A stretch of DNA of 32,000 nucleotides. Origin: an uncultured archaeon. Its GTDB lineage: Archaea; Iainarchaeota; Iainarchaeia; Iainarchaeales; DATDZZ01. Position 1 is the stretch's first letter. Each line of letters opens with the position of its first letter. The notes under the pieces were generated by a model. The model made no database searches and was not told the DNA's origin. It saw nothing but the letters and a program-made list of their open reading frames with translations. The stretch lies in NCBI GenBank assembly GCA_964373795.1, contig CAYJVY010000009.1:1-32000 (forward strand), given 5' to 3'. This document shows positions 1-8,655 of this stretch, piece after piece. Position numbers and translations under genes: made by a program.

Positions 1-1045
1 CTTCCTTCATTTTTTGTTTATATAAATTTAATTCAGTTGTACAAGCATCAAAAATATTTTGATCAACAGGCTTTCCATATTTATCATTTCCTGTTTCACA
101 ATTATTTAGTTCTTCAGAAGTTGCTTCTCCATTAATTCCATTACTATCTTTATCACAATATTTTTCGTAAACACATTTTCTAAATTCAACTAGCTTTCCT
201 TGCTCGCCTGCAGCAAAGAAATTCATTGGAAGTTTTTCTAAATCCTTTTCAGATTCAACACCATTGGCTAAAATTAAGTTTCCTGTAACTGTTGGAAAGT
301 AACTATACTCAAATTCAATTTTTTTATCAAATTTAAATTGAAGTTTTTCTAATTCAACAGAATTTTTAATTGATTTAACATAGTATGGGTCATCAAATAA
401 TATTACGTTAATTTTTCCTTTTTCATCTTTGCATGTTGGATCAGGGTTTTCTAAGAACAATTTTTTATGAGGAATATTATCTGAATTAAATTCTGGAACA
501 AAATATTGTCCATTTTTCTTTTTAAAAAATTGATTTAATTCATCTACTACTCCTTTAAATGTATTATTTACTGCTGCAAAAGGCTTGACTGAATTAACAT
601 CTACTAGTACAGTTGGAAGAAATTGCACATTAAAATCTTTAGCTAGTTTTTTTCCTTCTTCTGAGTCTACATCTATTTCTTGTCTTTCAAAATTCATGTC
701 TTTTGAAGCAAATGTAAGAAATATAGTGTTGAATTCTCCTCCTAAATCTTTGAATTTGTTTGAAACGAATTCTTTTGTTTGAATTTTAAATTCAGGTAAA
801 ACTTCTTTTACGATTATCTCGGGGTTTTCTTTGATTATTACTGTTTGTCCTTCTGATGGCCGAATTTGTAAATCAACAGCAAATCCAATTACAACTCCTA
901 ATACAAGTAATAAAACTCCTATATAAATCGGTATTTGCATCCAAGAATCTTCTTTTTTAGGCGAATAACGCCCTATTTCTTTTTCTTCTGAAAGCTTGAA
1001 AACAGATTCTATCTTTTCTTCTTGTTGATTTAATTCTTTTGACAT
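1..1045 (-). CDS. Hypothetical membrane-anchored protein, 3' end outside window (at least 348 aa)
   Basis: Absent from the ORF track because it runs off the window edge. The reverse-strand ATG at 1045..1043 reads MSKELNQQEEKIESVFKLSEEKEIGRYSPKKEDSWMQIPIYIGVLLLVLGVVIGFAV, which includes one TM helix. I checked every in-frame triplet down to base 2 and found no stop. The C-terminal part seen here is Cys-containing (CVYEKYC, NNCETG, DAC). Confidence 0.65.
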   Translation of the reverse strand, partial: MSKELNQQEEKIESVFKLSEEKEIGRYSPKKEDSWMQIPIYIGVLLLVLGVVIGFAVDLQIRPSEGQTVIIKENPEIIVKEVLPEFKIQTKEFVSNKFKDLGGEFNTIFLTFASKDMNFERQEIDVDSEEGKKLAKDFNVQFLPTVLVDVNSVKPFAAVNNTFKGVVDELNQFFKKKNGQYFVPEFNSDNIPHKKLFLENPDPTCKDEKGKINVILFDDPYYVKSIKNSVELEKLQFKFDKKIEFEYSYFPTVTGNLILANGVESEKDLEKLPMNFFAAGEQGKLVEFRKCVYEKYCDKDSNGINGEATSEELNNCETGNDKYGKPVDQNIFDACTTELNLYKQKMKE

Positions 1046-1147
1046 AAATTCACTTTAATTCAATTAATAAGAAAACTTTAAAAAATCTATTAATAAAAAT
1101 GTAAAAATATAATTTAATTTAAGTAACCATTGTTTTTTAATACTTTT

Positions 1148-1891
1148 ATGTTAGCAGATGTTCATTGTCATTTTAATGAATTAGAGTATCCTGAAAGAAT
1201 GTTAAAAAAAGCGGTTAAAGCAAATGTTAAAAAAATTTATTCTAATTCAGTTGACTTTAATTCAATGAAACAAAATCTTGCCTTGGCAGAAAAATTTTCC
1301 AAAGTAAAACCTTGTCTTGGATTGCATCCAATGAATTTGCTTTCAATGACTGAAAAACAAATCATTGAAGAAATGAATTTTTTGAAACAAAACCTTTCAA
1401 ATGCAGATGCAATTGGTGAAACCGGATTAGATTTTAAATTCGCTGAAACAATTGAACAAAAGCTTTTACAAGAAAAAATCTTTAAAGAATTAATTTTTCT
1501 TTCAATTGAAAATAAAAAAGCTATTTGCATTCATTCCAGAAGAGCTGCTAAGCGAGTTTTAGAGTTATTAGAAGAAAATCTTCCTGAAAAAGTTTTATTG
1601 CATTGGTTTGTTGGAAACTCAAAATTATTAAAAAAAGCTTTACAATTACATTGCTTTATTTCAATTGGGCCTACGATTTTGTTTGACAAATCACTTGAAA
1701 GTTTTGTTAAAAAGATTCCATTAGAAAAACTTGTATTTGAAACTGACTGTCCGGTGCAATTTAATGGTGTGTCCTCAGATCCGGCTTGGATTAAGGAAAT
1801 TAATTTTAAGGCAGCAAAGATTTTAGAATTAAACCCTGAAAAACTTGAAGAAAAAGTTTTAGAAAATGTTTTAAATTTATTTGGCAAATAA
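1148..1891 (+). CDS. tatD: TatD-family metal-dependent hydrolase/DNase
   Basis: Carries the TatD motifs DVHCHF, ETGLDF, IHSRRA, LHWF and ETDCP. The track starts at TTG 1130, but ATG 1148 (MLADVHCH) matches the usual TatD N-terminus. Confidence 0.85.
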   Translation: MLADVHCHFNELEYPERMLKKAVKANVKKIYSNSVDFNSMKQNLALAEKFSKVKPCLGLHPMNLLSMTEKQIIEEMNFLKQNLSNADAIGETGLDFKFAETIEQKLLQEKIFKELIFLSIENKKAICIHSRRAAKRVLELLEENLPEKVLLHWFVGNSKLLKKALQLHCFISIGPTILFDKSLESFVKKIPLEKLVFETDCPVQFNGVSSDPAWIKEINFKAAKILELNPEKLEEKVLENVLNLFGK

Positions 1892-1926
1892 GCAATCTTA
1901 TTAAATTTTTCTAACATAATTGTATT

Positions 1927-2394
1927 ATGTCATTGCTTTCAGTTTTTTTAGTTTTGATAATCCTTGCCTTAGTTATTGGAAATGGTTTTCTTTATTTAAC
2001 AAAGCAAAGACATAAACCAATGCAAGAATTAGTTCAAGAAGACAGTTCATTTGAAAGTCATTTTTCAGCTGAGTCAATTGATTCAAAGCTTTACTCTCTT
2101 CAATCAAATTTAAAAGCCTTAAATGAATTAATAAAAATGGCTCATGGAAGACTTTTAGATGTAGAAGAAAAAGTAAAAGCAAAAAAATTCCAAGATCCAA
2201 CAGAGTTAATTGAAAAATTAAATGAAATAAATGAAAAATTAAAAAAGTTAGAAAACTTTAAAGAAAACACTAAAGTTGATTTGAAGGGAATGAAAGAAAT
2301 CGTTCTTGAAATGAAAGAATTTTTACAAAACAATTTAAATAATTCTTTTCAAAACAAAGATTCAATTTCAATTGAAGGAAACGAGAAAATTTAA
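1927..2394 (+). CDS. Hypothetical N-terminally anchored coiled-coil protein
   Basis: ATG start and an N-terminal TM segment (LLSVFLVLIILALVIGNGFLYL). The rest is K/E/L-rich and heptad-like. Confidence 0.55.
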   Translation: MSLLSVFLVLIILALVIGNGFLYLTKQRHKPMQELVQEDSSFESHFSAESIDSKLYSLQSNLKALNELIKMAHGRLLDVEEKVKAKKFQDPTELIEKLNEINEKLKKLENFKENTKVDLKGMKEIVLEMKEFLQNNLNNSFQNKDSISIEGNEKI

Positions 2395-2401
2395 GACTTT
2401 A

Positions 2402-3088
2402 TTATTTTTTCTTTACATTCCAGGTTTTTCTATATTTTTCATCTTTTGATTCATTTCTAAAATGCTTTGCAACAATTGAAGCGCTTCCAATTACCGGATC
2501 TAAATCATCTCCTTTTACAATGAATTTAACCTCTTTTACTACGTCGTTTATTGGATTTCCATCTACTTTAATTAATGCTTTTGATTCAAATTTTTTAATT
2601 AATTCACTTGAAGAATTAATTACCTCTTTTTCAATTTCATTTAAAGTAAAACCTTTTTGTCTTAACAAATCAATGAATTCAGAGTTAAATGAATAAATAA
2701 ATTGAACTAAACTGTTTCTGGAAACAATTTCAAATTTTCCTTTAATGTCACTAGATTTTTTACTATCTCTTAATTCTCTTAACTCATTTGTTTCCCCTAA
2801 AACTCCTGCAATAACAAATGGCCCTGTTATTTCACTTCTGCCTGTTTCATCTAATCCAAAAACAAGCTTGCTTTTCAAATTCAATGCCTGCATTATTCTA
2901 TCTCTAACGGTTTCCGCTTTTTCTCCTTGAATTGAAAGCTTTCCACTAGAATAAAGAGTTACAGTGCAAGAATCAATTTTCGCCCTTAATTCTTCAAAAT
3001 CAGTTTTTGTTTCAACTACTTCAAATTTCTCTAAAACTTTTTTTACTTGGTTTTTTTGAGTAATTCCAAAATTTAATACAACTGTCAT
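2402..3088 (-). CDS. Compact RNase HIII-like ribonuclease (RNase HII/HIII superfamily)
   Basis: The N-terminal CTVTLYSSGKLSIQGEKAE resembles the RNase HIII N-terminal domain (CTITAYQSGKVLFQGK in Bacillus). The catalytic-type motifs GLDETGRSEITGPFVIAGV, RDSKK and GDDLDPVIGSASIVAKHFR are present. At 228 aa it is shorter than typical RNase HIII. Confidence 0.55.
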   Translation of the reverse strand: MTVVLNFGITQKNQVKKVLEKFEVVETKTDFEELRAKIDSCTVTLYSSGKLSIQGEKAETVRDRIMQALNLKSKLVFGLDETGRSEITGPFVIAGVLGETNELRELRDSKKSSDIKGKFEIVSRNSLVQFIYSFNSEFIDLLRQKGFTLNEIEKEVINSSSELIKKFESKALIKVDGNPINDVVKEVKFIVKGDDLDPVIGSASIVAKHFRNESKDEKYRKTWNVKKK

Positions 3089-3157
3089 GAAAGACTTACT
3101 TCACAGTTAAATAAATAATTTTCCATTCTTTTTATAGTGTGTCTTTTAGGTTTTGTT

Positions 3158-3829
3158 TTACTTTTTTCTTTTTCTCCATCTTTGAAGAAGTTTTTTTCCA
3201 CCAATTAAAATTAATGGCAATCCAATTACAAGTGCATCAAATAGAGCAACATCTTTTACAACCTGAGTTTTAACTCTCATCCATTCATTTCTAACCTCTG
3301 CTTTGTGATCAGTGTTTTTAGGGCCTTTCAATGCCTGTAGTTCTGACTCTAATTCTTTTACTCTTTGTACATTTTTTCTAACCTCGGCAAACTCAGAAGC
3401 GTTTTCAATTATTTTTTCCGCAATTCTTTTAGTAATTGCATTTACTTCAGGGTAAAGATCAAAACCATATTTTTTGAATGTCTGAATTGCATTAAATTTC
3501 ATCTGATCTGGAACAGTTTTTAAAAAATCAACGTCTTGTGGGGCAAATCTTTCTGCTTGAACCTGAAATTTACTTCCTAATTTACTAGTAACAAATTCTT
3601 TCACTTTTTTTATATCTGTTTCTCTTTTGCCTACTTCTTCTTGTCTTGCTTTAATTTTTGATTCAATTTTTATAAGTCTTCTATGCCCTTTTCCTCTTAA
3701 ACCATAAGAAATTCCTATTGCTAGTGGTTGCAAAGCTAAAGCCGCTCCAACAGCTATTTTTCCTTTATGTCTTTCATAAAAAGATTTATTGAAACTTCCT
3801 GGAATTCTTCGAACAAAACCTGGCCTCAT
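3158..3829 (-). CDS. Hypothetical membrane protein
   Basis: ATG start. Hydrophobic segments lie near the N-terminus (IAVGAALALQPLAIGISYGL) and C-terminus (ALFDALVIGLPLILIGG), followed by a basic tail. No family recognised. Confidence 0.55.
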   Translation of the reverse strand: MRPGFVRRIPGSFNKSFYERHKGKIAVGAALALQPLAIGISYGLRGKGHRRLIKIESKIKARQEEVGKRETDIKKVKEFVTSKLGSKFQVQAERFAPQDVDFLKTVPDQMKFNAIQTFKKYGFDLYPEVNAITKRIAEKIIENASEFAEVRKNVQRVKELESELQALKGPKNTDHKAEVRNEWMRVKTQVVKDVALFDALVIGLPLILIGGKKLLQRWRKRKK

Positions 3830-4059
3830 AAAATATTTAGCTTAAAAGAACTATTTAAATAACTCGCCTAATGAGGGGAAGCAATTCGTATCCAATAATT
3901 TATTTTTTAATTAAAAAGTGTCAGTTCGATCCAGTTTCATCACTCTTCAGAAACAACTCTAATCATCATTCAATAAATATTGTTTTCCAAAACATTTTTC
4001 TATTTATTTGAACCTAAATTTTATGAAAAGCTTTTTTTATACTTAAAATTGGGTTTTGA

Positions 4060-4650
4060 ATGACTAGAAAAATTGAGTTTTTAAGAGAATTAATTCATTT
4101 ACTTTTAGGAATAATTTTAATTGCATTAATTTATTTTCTTGAAATGAATCTTGCAATGATTTTGATTGGATTGCTTTTCTTGATTGGAGGATTAATTTCT
4201 GTTTTAATTAAATTTAGAGTAAGACTTCCATTAATTCAATTTGTTTTAGATTGGGCGGAAAAAATAATTCATTTAGTTGAACGCTCTAAAGAGAAAAAAA
4301 TTCCCGGAGAATCTGCATTAATTTTTGTTTTAGGAATTTTTTTAACTGTATTAATTTTTCAATCAAAGACAGTTATTTTTGGTGCATTAATTGTAATGGT
4401 TTTAGGAGACGGGTTTTCAACTCTTTTTGGAGAAAAATTTGGTCGAATTCGAACTTTTGGAAACAGGTCTCTTGAAGGAACTGTTATAGGAATTCTTGTT
4501 TCATTTGCTTTTCTTGCAACTTTTCTGCCATTTAAAATTGCAATTATTGCTGCAATTATTGGAATGCTTTCAGAATACTTGCCATTAAACGACAACCTTG
4601 TAATTCCTTTAATTACTGGTTTGACTTTGAAATTCTTGCTTGGAATGTAA
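4060..4650 (+). CDS. Polytopic membrane protein, dolichol/polyprenol kinase-like (CdsA/CTP-transferase superfamily)
   Basis: Multiple TM helices. The motif GDGFSTLFGEKFGR...GNRSLEGT resembles the CdsA/dolichol-kinase signature (G-D-x-x-A/S...G-K...K-S-x-E-G). Confidence 0.55.
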   Translation: MTRKIEFLRELIHLLLGIILIALIYFLEMNLAMILIGLLFLIGGLISVLIKFRVRLPLIQFVLDWAEKIIHLVERSKEKKIPGESALIFVLGIFLTVLIFQSKTVIFGALIVMVLGDGFSTLFGEKFGRIRTFGNRSLEGTVIGILVSFAFLATFLPFKIAIIAAIIGMLSEYLPLNDNLVIPLITGLTLKFLLGM

Positions 4651-4684
4651 AACTTAAATATTCTTGCGAGATAAATTTAATTAA

Positions 4685-4760
4685 GGGCCGGTAGCTCAGC
4701 TTGGATAGAGCAGCACTCTCCTAAGGTGAAGGTTCGTGGGTTCAAATCCCACCCGGCTCG
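4685..4760 (+). tRNA. tRNA-Arg (anticodon CCU), no encoded CCA
   Basis: Hand-folded cloverleaf. Acceptor stem is GGGCCGG/CCGGCUC. D arm is GCUC-AGCUUGGAUA-GAGC. The anticodon loop is CUCCUAA, with U33 and A37. T arm is GUGGG-UUCAAAU-CCCAC. The discriminator G is followed by TTT. The region stands out as GC-rich. Confidence 0.9.
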
Positions 4761-4807
4761 TTTCAGCAAACTTTTTTATTCTAGTTAAACTTATTACTAT
4801 TGATTTT

Positions 4808-5428
4808 ATGCCTTTGCTTGATGTAAAAGATTCTCAGAAACTAGTTGAAAAATATGGAATTCAATTTGTGAAAAGCGTTTCAGTTTCAACTGAAAAAGAA
4901 TTAATTGAAAAACTTTCGAGCTTTCAAGGAAGAATTGCAATGAAAATTTTGTCTGATGAAATTGTTCACAAAACAGAAGTGGGGGGAGTAAAGTTAAATA
5001 TTTCTTCAAAAGAAGAAGCGGTTAAAGCTTTTCATGACTTGCAAAAATTGGTTGGATTTAATGGAGTGCTTGTACAGGAAATGATTAAAGGAACTGAATT
5101 AATTATTGGAGGAAAACAAGATCCTCAATTTGGACCAATAGTATTATTTGGTTTGGGAGGAATTTTTGTTGAAGTATTAAAAGATGTTTCAATAAGGATT
5201 TGCCCAATTGAAAGAAAAGATGCAAGGGAAATGATTCAAGAAATAAAAGGGCAAGCAATATTAAAAGGAGTTAGAGGACAAAAACCCATTAATTTTCAAT
5301 TGCTTGAAGACTATTTATTGAGTGTTTCAAAGCTAATGTTGAATGAAAAAATTCAAGAACTGGACTTAAATCCTTTAATTGCAACTGAAAACTCAATTAA
5401 AGCAATTGATGCAAGAGTAATTAGATGA
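4808..5428 (+). CDS. ATP-grasp domain protein, ADP-forming acetyl-CoA synthetase beta-subunit-like
   Basis: LLDVKDSQKLVEKYGIQF...EIVHKTEVGGVKLNI...LVQEM...ELDLNPL resembles the ACD beta / ATP-grasp_5 domain. The start is trimmed to ATG 4808 because the track start at 4736 lies inside the tRNA. Confidence 0.7.
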   Translation: MPLLDVKDSQKLVEKYGIQFVKSVSVSTEKELIEKLSSFQGRIAMKILSDEIVHKTEVGGVKLNISSKEEAVKAFHDLQKLVGFNGVLVQEMIKGTELIIGGKQDPQFGPIVLFGLGGIFVEVLKDVSIRICPIERKDAREMIQEIKGQAILKGVRGQKPINFQLLEDYLLSVSKLMLNEKIQELDLNPLIATENSIKAIDARVIR

Positions 5429-5909
5429 CTGTTTTTGTTTGAATTAAAACAAAAAAGTCTTTTTCTTCTTTACCTATTACTCCTTCAGCTAGAATGTTTT
5501 CAGATTTAAATGGAACTAGTTTTTCTTTTAATCTACTTGGAAGAGAAATTAAAATTATTCCACTTGGTTTTGCAAGTTTCATTAAATTATAATTTTTAAG
5601 TAAATGCAAAGAATCAAAACAAATAATTAAATCAAACTTTTCTTTTGAATTGAACTTTTTACTTAAAATGTATTTAATGTTTGACTTTTTTGGAGTAACT
5701 GCGTTTTCAGAAATATCTACTCCAATTATTTTTTTAAATTTAAAGCCTTTCTCTGAAAGAAATTCTTCAATCCATGCTTTTCCAATTCCTAAATCTAATA
5801 CTCTGTGTTCATTTGAAAGAAACGGTTTTAAAATAGGAAACAATTGTTCATATTTTTGTAACTGTTTTTCTTTCCAAGAATCGTAAATTTTTGTAGAAAA
5901 TTTAGTCAT
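5421..5909 (-). CDS. Class I SAM-dependent methyltransferase
   Basis: Motif I VLDLGIGKAW and a post-I acidic residue (GVDISE). At 162 aa. It overlaps the convergent upstream gene by 8 nt. Confidence 0.7.
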   Translation of the reverse strand: MTKFSTKIYDSWKEKQLQKYEQLFPILKPFLSNEHRVLDLGIGKAWIEEFLSEKGFKFKKIIGVDISENAVTPKKSNIKYILSKKFNSKEKFDLIICFDSLHLLKNYNLMKLAKPSGIILISLPSRLKEKLVPFKSENILAEGVIGKEEKDFFVLIQTKTVI

Positions 5910-5941
5910 TAGCTTCCCTAAAAAAAAGAAAGAAAAACGAT

Positions 5942-6229
5942 TTATGAAAATAAATCGTTTGTTACAACTTCTTCATTTAACTCTGAATCGTCTAAACCGT
6001 TTTCACTGCTTGCACTTAAGTCTTCAACATCGGTTACACTTGATTCGAATTCATCTAATTCAGTTGTTCCAGTGCTAGAAGAACTTGAAGCTAGTTTTTC
6101 AGTTGCGTCAACAGTTTTAGTAGTTGTTGAATCTGTTTTCTTTGTTGTATCTGAATCTTTTTTTTCTCCGCCAATGCATCCTAAAAGCAATAGCATTACA
6201 ATTAACAAAATTGTAATTAATTTTTTCAT
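5942..6229 (-). CDS. Small acidic Ser/Thr/Asp/Glu-rich putative lipoprotein
   Basis: Signal peptide with a lipobox (MKKLITILLIVMLLLLGC). SD site GAGGTGG lies upstream. Its ATG overlaps the upstream gene's stop as ATGA. Confidence 0.65.
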   Translation of the reverse strand: MKKLITILLIVMLLLLGCIGGEKKDSDTTKKTDSTTTKTVDATEKLASSSSSTGTTELDEFESSVTDVEDLSASSENGLDDSELNEEVVTNDLFS

Positions 6230-7830
6230 TGAACCACCTCATTATTTGAATCAGTTGATTCTGTTGAATTTTCAGACTCATTTGTTGTTTCACTAGTTTC
6301 CTTATTTGCATCTACTTCATTTGTTTCAGTTACAGGAATATCTGTTACTGGTTCAACCTGAATTTCAGTTGGCTGTTCATTTGATTGTAATGCTTTTGCA
6401 TGTTTTGCTGCTTGTTTTGCTAATTGAAAGGAATGTTGTAATCTTTTATGGACTCTTTTAACGAAGTTAAATGCATCTCTTGTTTTTCCTTCTTTGAGTT
6501 TTTCTTTTACTTTTTCAAATGCTTCTTTTGCTTTTGAAACATCTTCTTTAAACGCAGTTAAAGCTAGTTCTAATTTAGTCGTATCTTTTCCTTCAGCTTT
6601 TAATTTAGTTGACAATTCAGTTAATTTATTGAACTGATTTTCTGCATGTTTAATTGCTGCTTCTAACCTGTTTTCTAATGCTTTTCCAACTGTAACTTTT
6701 GCTTTTCTTTTTGCATCTTTATGCAAATCCTTTAATTTTTTTGCAACATCTTTAACTTGTTCTACATTTAAGTCTTCTGCACTTAATGTTTGCTTTAATT
6801 CTTCCAATTGAGTTATTAGTTTTGCAACGTTTTCAGGAGCAGATTCTTTTTCTTTTAATGCATTTAATTGTTCTAGTAATGCATTAATTTTTTCAGTTAA
6901 AACTTCGCCAGCTTTTTCTTTTAATTCTTCTTTCACTTCTTCTTTTTCTTCTTTGCTAGCTTGCTTGAATTTTTCTCTAACTGCCTTTAATTCTTCTTTC
7001 GTTTCTTTAAAGTTTTCTTTTGCTTCTTTGAATTTTTCTCTAAATTTTTCAAATTTTTCTTTTACATCTAAAAAACGCTTTTTTTGAGCGCTAAGTTTTG
7101 GAAGTTTTTCAGCTAATTTTTTTAACCCTGTTTTATCAAGTTTTTCAACTTCTTGTAGTTCTGCTTCTGAAAAGTTTTCAAGTCTCTCCCCTACTGTTTG
7201 AACTTCTTCCTCGCTTAACTCACTTGAAACCTCTGTTACTAATTTAAAGTTTTTAAGTTTTGCAAGCCTTTCAAGATTAGTTGTTCTAATACTTGAAAGT
7301 TTTTCCAATTGTTTTTCATCTAATTCGGCTATTTTTTCAAGATTTGCTTTAGATAAGTTACTAATTCTTTCAAGTCTTTCTTTTTTTAGTGAAGTTAGTT
7401 TTTCCAGTTTTTCTTTCTGTAATGCTCCAAGTTTTTCAAGGTTTTCTTTTCTTAACTCAGTTATATTATCTAAATGTTCTTTTTTTAAATCAGTTAATTT
7501 TTCAACAAATTCTTTATTTATTTTTGAAACTTTTTTAACCTTTCTTTCCTCTAAATTATTTAATTTCTCAAGTTTTTCAGTATTTAATCCTTCAAGTCTT
7601 TTCCTTGTTTGCATATCGCGCTTGTTTTTTAATTTTTCATTGTTTGCTTCAACAACTTTGTCTTTTGAAGGCTTGTCTCCTTCTTTAACTCCCACTTTAT
7701 TTGGGTTGCTTTTATTCACTCCGTCTTTGTTCACTCTTTCAGATGTATTATCTTTTTGAGCAAAAACAGATGAAGAAAATAAGCTAACCAAAAATATTGT
7801 CAATACAGCTAATACAAATAATTTCTTCAT
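6226..7830 (-). CDS. Secreted K/E-rich coiled-coil protein with hendecad repeats
   Basis: SD site AGGAGGG and a signal peptide (MKKLFVLAVLTIFLVSLFSSSVFA). At 534 aa, almost entirely predicted helical, with an acidic T/E/S/N-rich C-terminus. Confidence 0.8.
   Translation of the reverse strand: MKKLFVLAVLTIFLVSLFSSSVFAQKDNTSERVNKDGVNKSNPNKVGVKEGDKPSKDKVVEANNEKLKNKRDMQTRKRLEGLNTEKLEKLNNLEERKVKKVSKINKEFVEKLTDLKKEHLDNITELRKENLEKLGALQKEKLEKLTSLKKERLERISNLSKANLEKIAELDEKQLEKLSSIRTTNLERLAKLKNFKLVTEVSSELSEEEVQTVGERLENFSEAELQEVEKLDKTGLKKLAEKLPKLSAQKKRFLDVKEKFEKFREKFKEAKENFKETKEELKAVREKFKQASKEEKEEVKEELKEKAGEVLTEKINALLEQLNALKEKESAPENVAKLITQLEELKQTLSAEDLNVEQVKDVAKKLKDLHKDAKRKAKVTVGKALENRLEAAIKHAENQFNKLTELSTKLKAEGKDTTKLELALTAFKEDVSKAKEAFEKVKEKLKEGKTRDAFNFVKRVHKRLQHSFQLAKQAAKHAKALQSNEQPTEIQVEPVTDIPVTETNEVDANKETSETTNESENSTESTDSNNEVVQ
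7246..7599 (-). repeat. Eleven tandem 11-residue repeats (L-x-x-E-x-L-E-K-L-x-x) inside the 534-aa protein
   Basis: Hand-parsed units: LNTEKLEKLNN LEERKVKKVSK INKEFVEKLTD LKKEHLDNITE LRKENLEKLGA LQKEKLEKLTS LKKERLERISN LSKANLEKIAE LDEKQLEKLSS IRTTNLERLAK LKNFKLVTEVS. Nucleotide coordinates are derived from residues about 78-195. Confidence 0.7.
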
Positions 7831-7998
7831 GAATTCCCTCCTGAATTAATTTAACTATAAATCTTGCTTGGTAAACCTTTTTTAAAGATATCCAATTACA
7901 AAGTACTGTTATTAAAGCCTTTTAAAAAAGAATTCTACTTAAAGGTTTTATTACTTTTTTTTAGGTAGCATAACATTTTTAAGTAATTACTATTAAAC

Positions 7999-8646
7999 TT
8001 GTATTACATGGTTAGGGATTTAGATCTTCTTTTATTTTTTGCTGATTTTGGATTGTATCAAAAATGCAGGGTTTCAACAATTGAAATTGCTTTAAGGCTT
8101 GGAGTGTCTCAGCAAACCGTTTCAAGGAAGTTAATGGAGTTAGAGAAAGAAAAACTTATTTCAAGAACTCATAAACATAGAGGGATTGAAATTTCTTTAA
8201 CTGAAAAAGCAATAACTCAATTAAAAGAACATTTCTTGAATTTGAAAAACGTTTTTGAAAAACAACCTAAAAGAGTTGAAGGATTTGTTAGTAATGGAGT
8301 TGGAGAGGGCGCTTATTATATTCAGAAATATAATTCTTTTTTGAAAAAAAAACTTGGATTCAAAGCATTTCCTGGAACATTGAACTTGAAAGTGGATGAA
8401 ATTAAGGTAAAAAATTTTCTTAATCAATTAAACCCTGTTTACATTAAAGAATTTAAAGCAACGAATAGAACCTTTGGGGGAATTACTTGTTATAAGGTTA
8501 AAATTAATTCAGTTAAAGGAGCAATAGTTGTTCCGGATAGAACTCGTTACAGTGCAAATGTATTGGAATTAATTGCTCCACTTTCTTTGAGAAAAAAATT
8601 CGACTTAAATGAAGGATCAAAAATAAATGTTAGCACAATTAAATGA
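7999..8646 (+). CDS. ribK: RbkR-type bifunctional regulator / CTP-dependent archaeal riboflavin kinase
   Basis: N-terminal winged HTH (IEIALRLGVSQQTVSRKLMELEKEKLISR) joined to an MJ0056-type kinase domain (FPGTLNLKVDE, GITCYKVKI, PDRTRY). The track start is TTG 7999; ATG 8008 is an alternative. Confidence 0.85.
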   Translation: MYYMVRDLDLLLFFADFGLYQKCRVSTIEIALRLGVSQQTVSRKLMELEKEKLISRTHKHRGIEISLTEKAITQLKEHFLNLKNVFEKQPKRVEGFVSNGVGEGAYYIQKYNSFLKKKLGFKAFPGTLNLKVDEIKVKNFLNQLNPVYIKEFKATNRTFGGITCYKVKINSVKGAIVVPDRTRYSANVLELIAPLSLRKKFDLNEGSKINVSTIK

Positions 8647-8655
8647 GGAAGAAAA

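Noticed and set aside
585-1917. Small ORFs 585..782 (+), 1237..1530 (-) and 1531..1917 (-)
   Set aside because: They are shadows of the edge-truncated minus-strand gene (1-1045) and of tatD respectively. They are low-complexity and lack start context.
4736-4807. N-terminal 24 codons of the track ORF 4736..5428
   Set aside because: They overlap the 3' part of tRNA-Arg (MGSNPTRLV is a translation of the T arm and acceptor stem). The real start is ATG 4808.
4685-7830. tRNA-Arg as an integration site for a mobile element carrying the surface-protein operon
   Set aside because: There is no integrase, no partial tRNA duplicate or direct repeat that I could find downstream, and ordinary metabolic genes directly flank the tRNA.
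7831-7998. FMN (RFN) riboswitch upstream of the riboflavin operon
   Set aside because: The region is uniformly AT-rich, with none of the GC-rich conserved RFN helices. Regulation is more plausibly protein-based, given that RbkR is encoded by the first gene.
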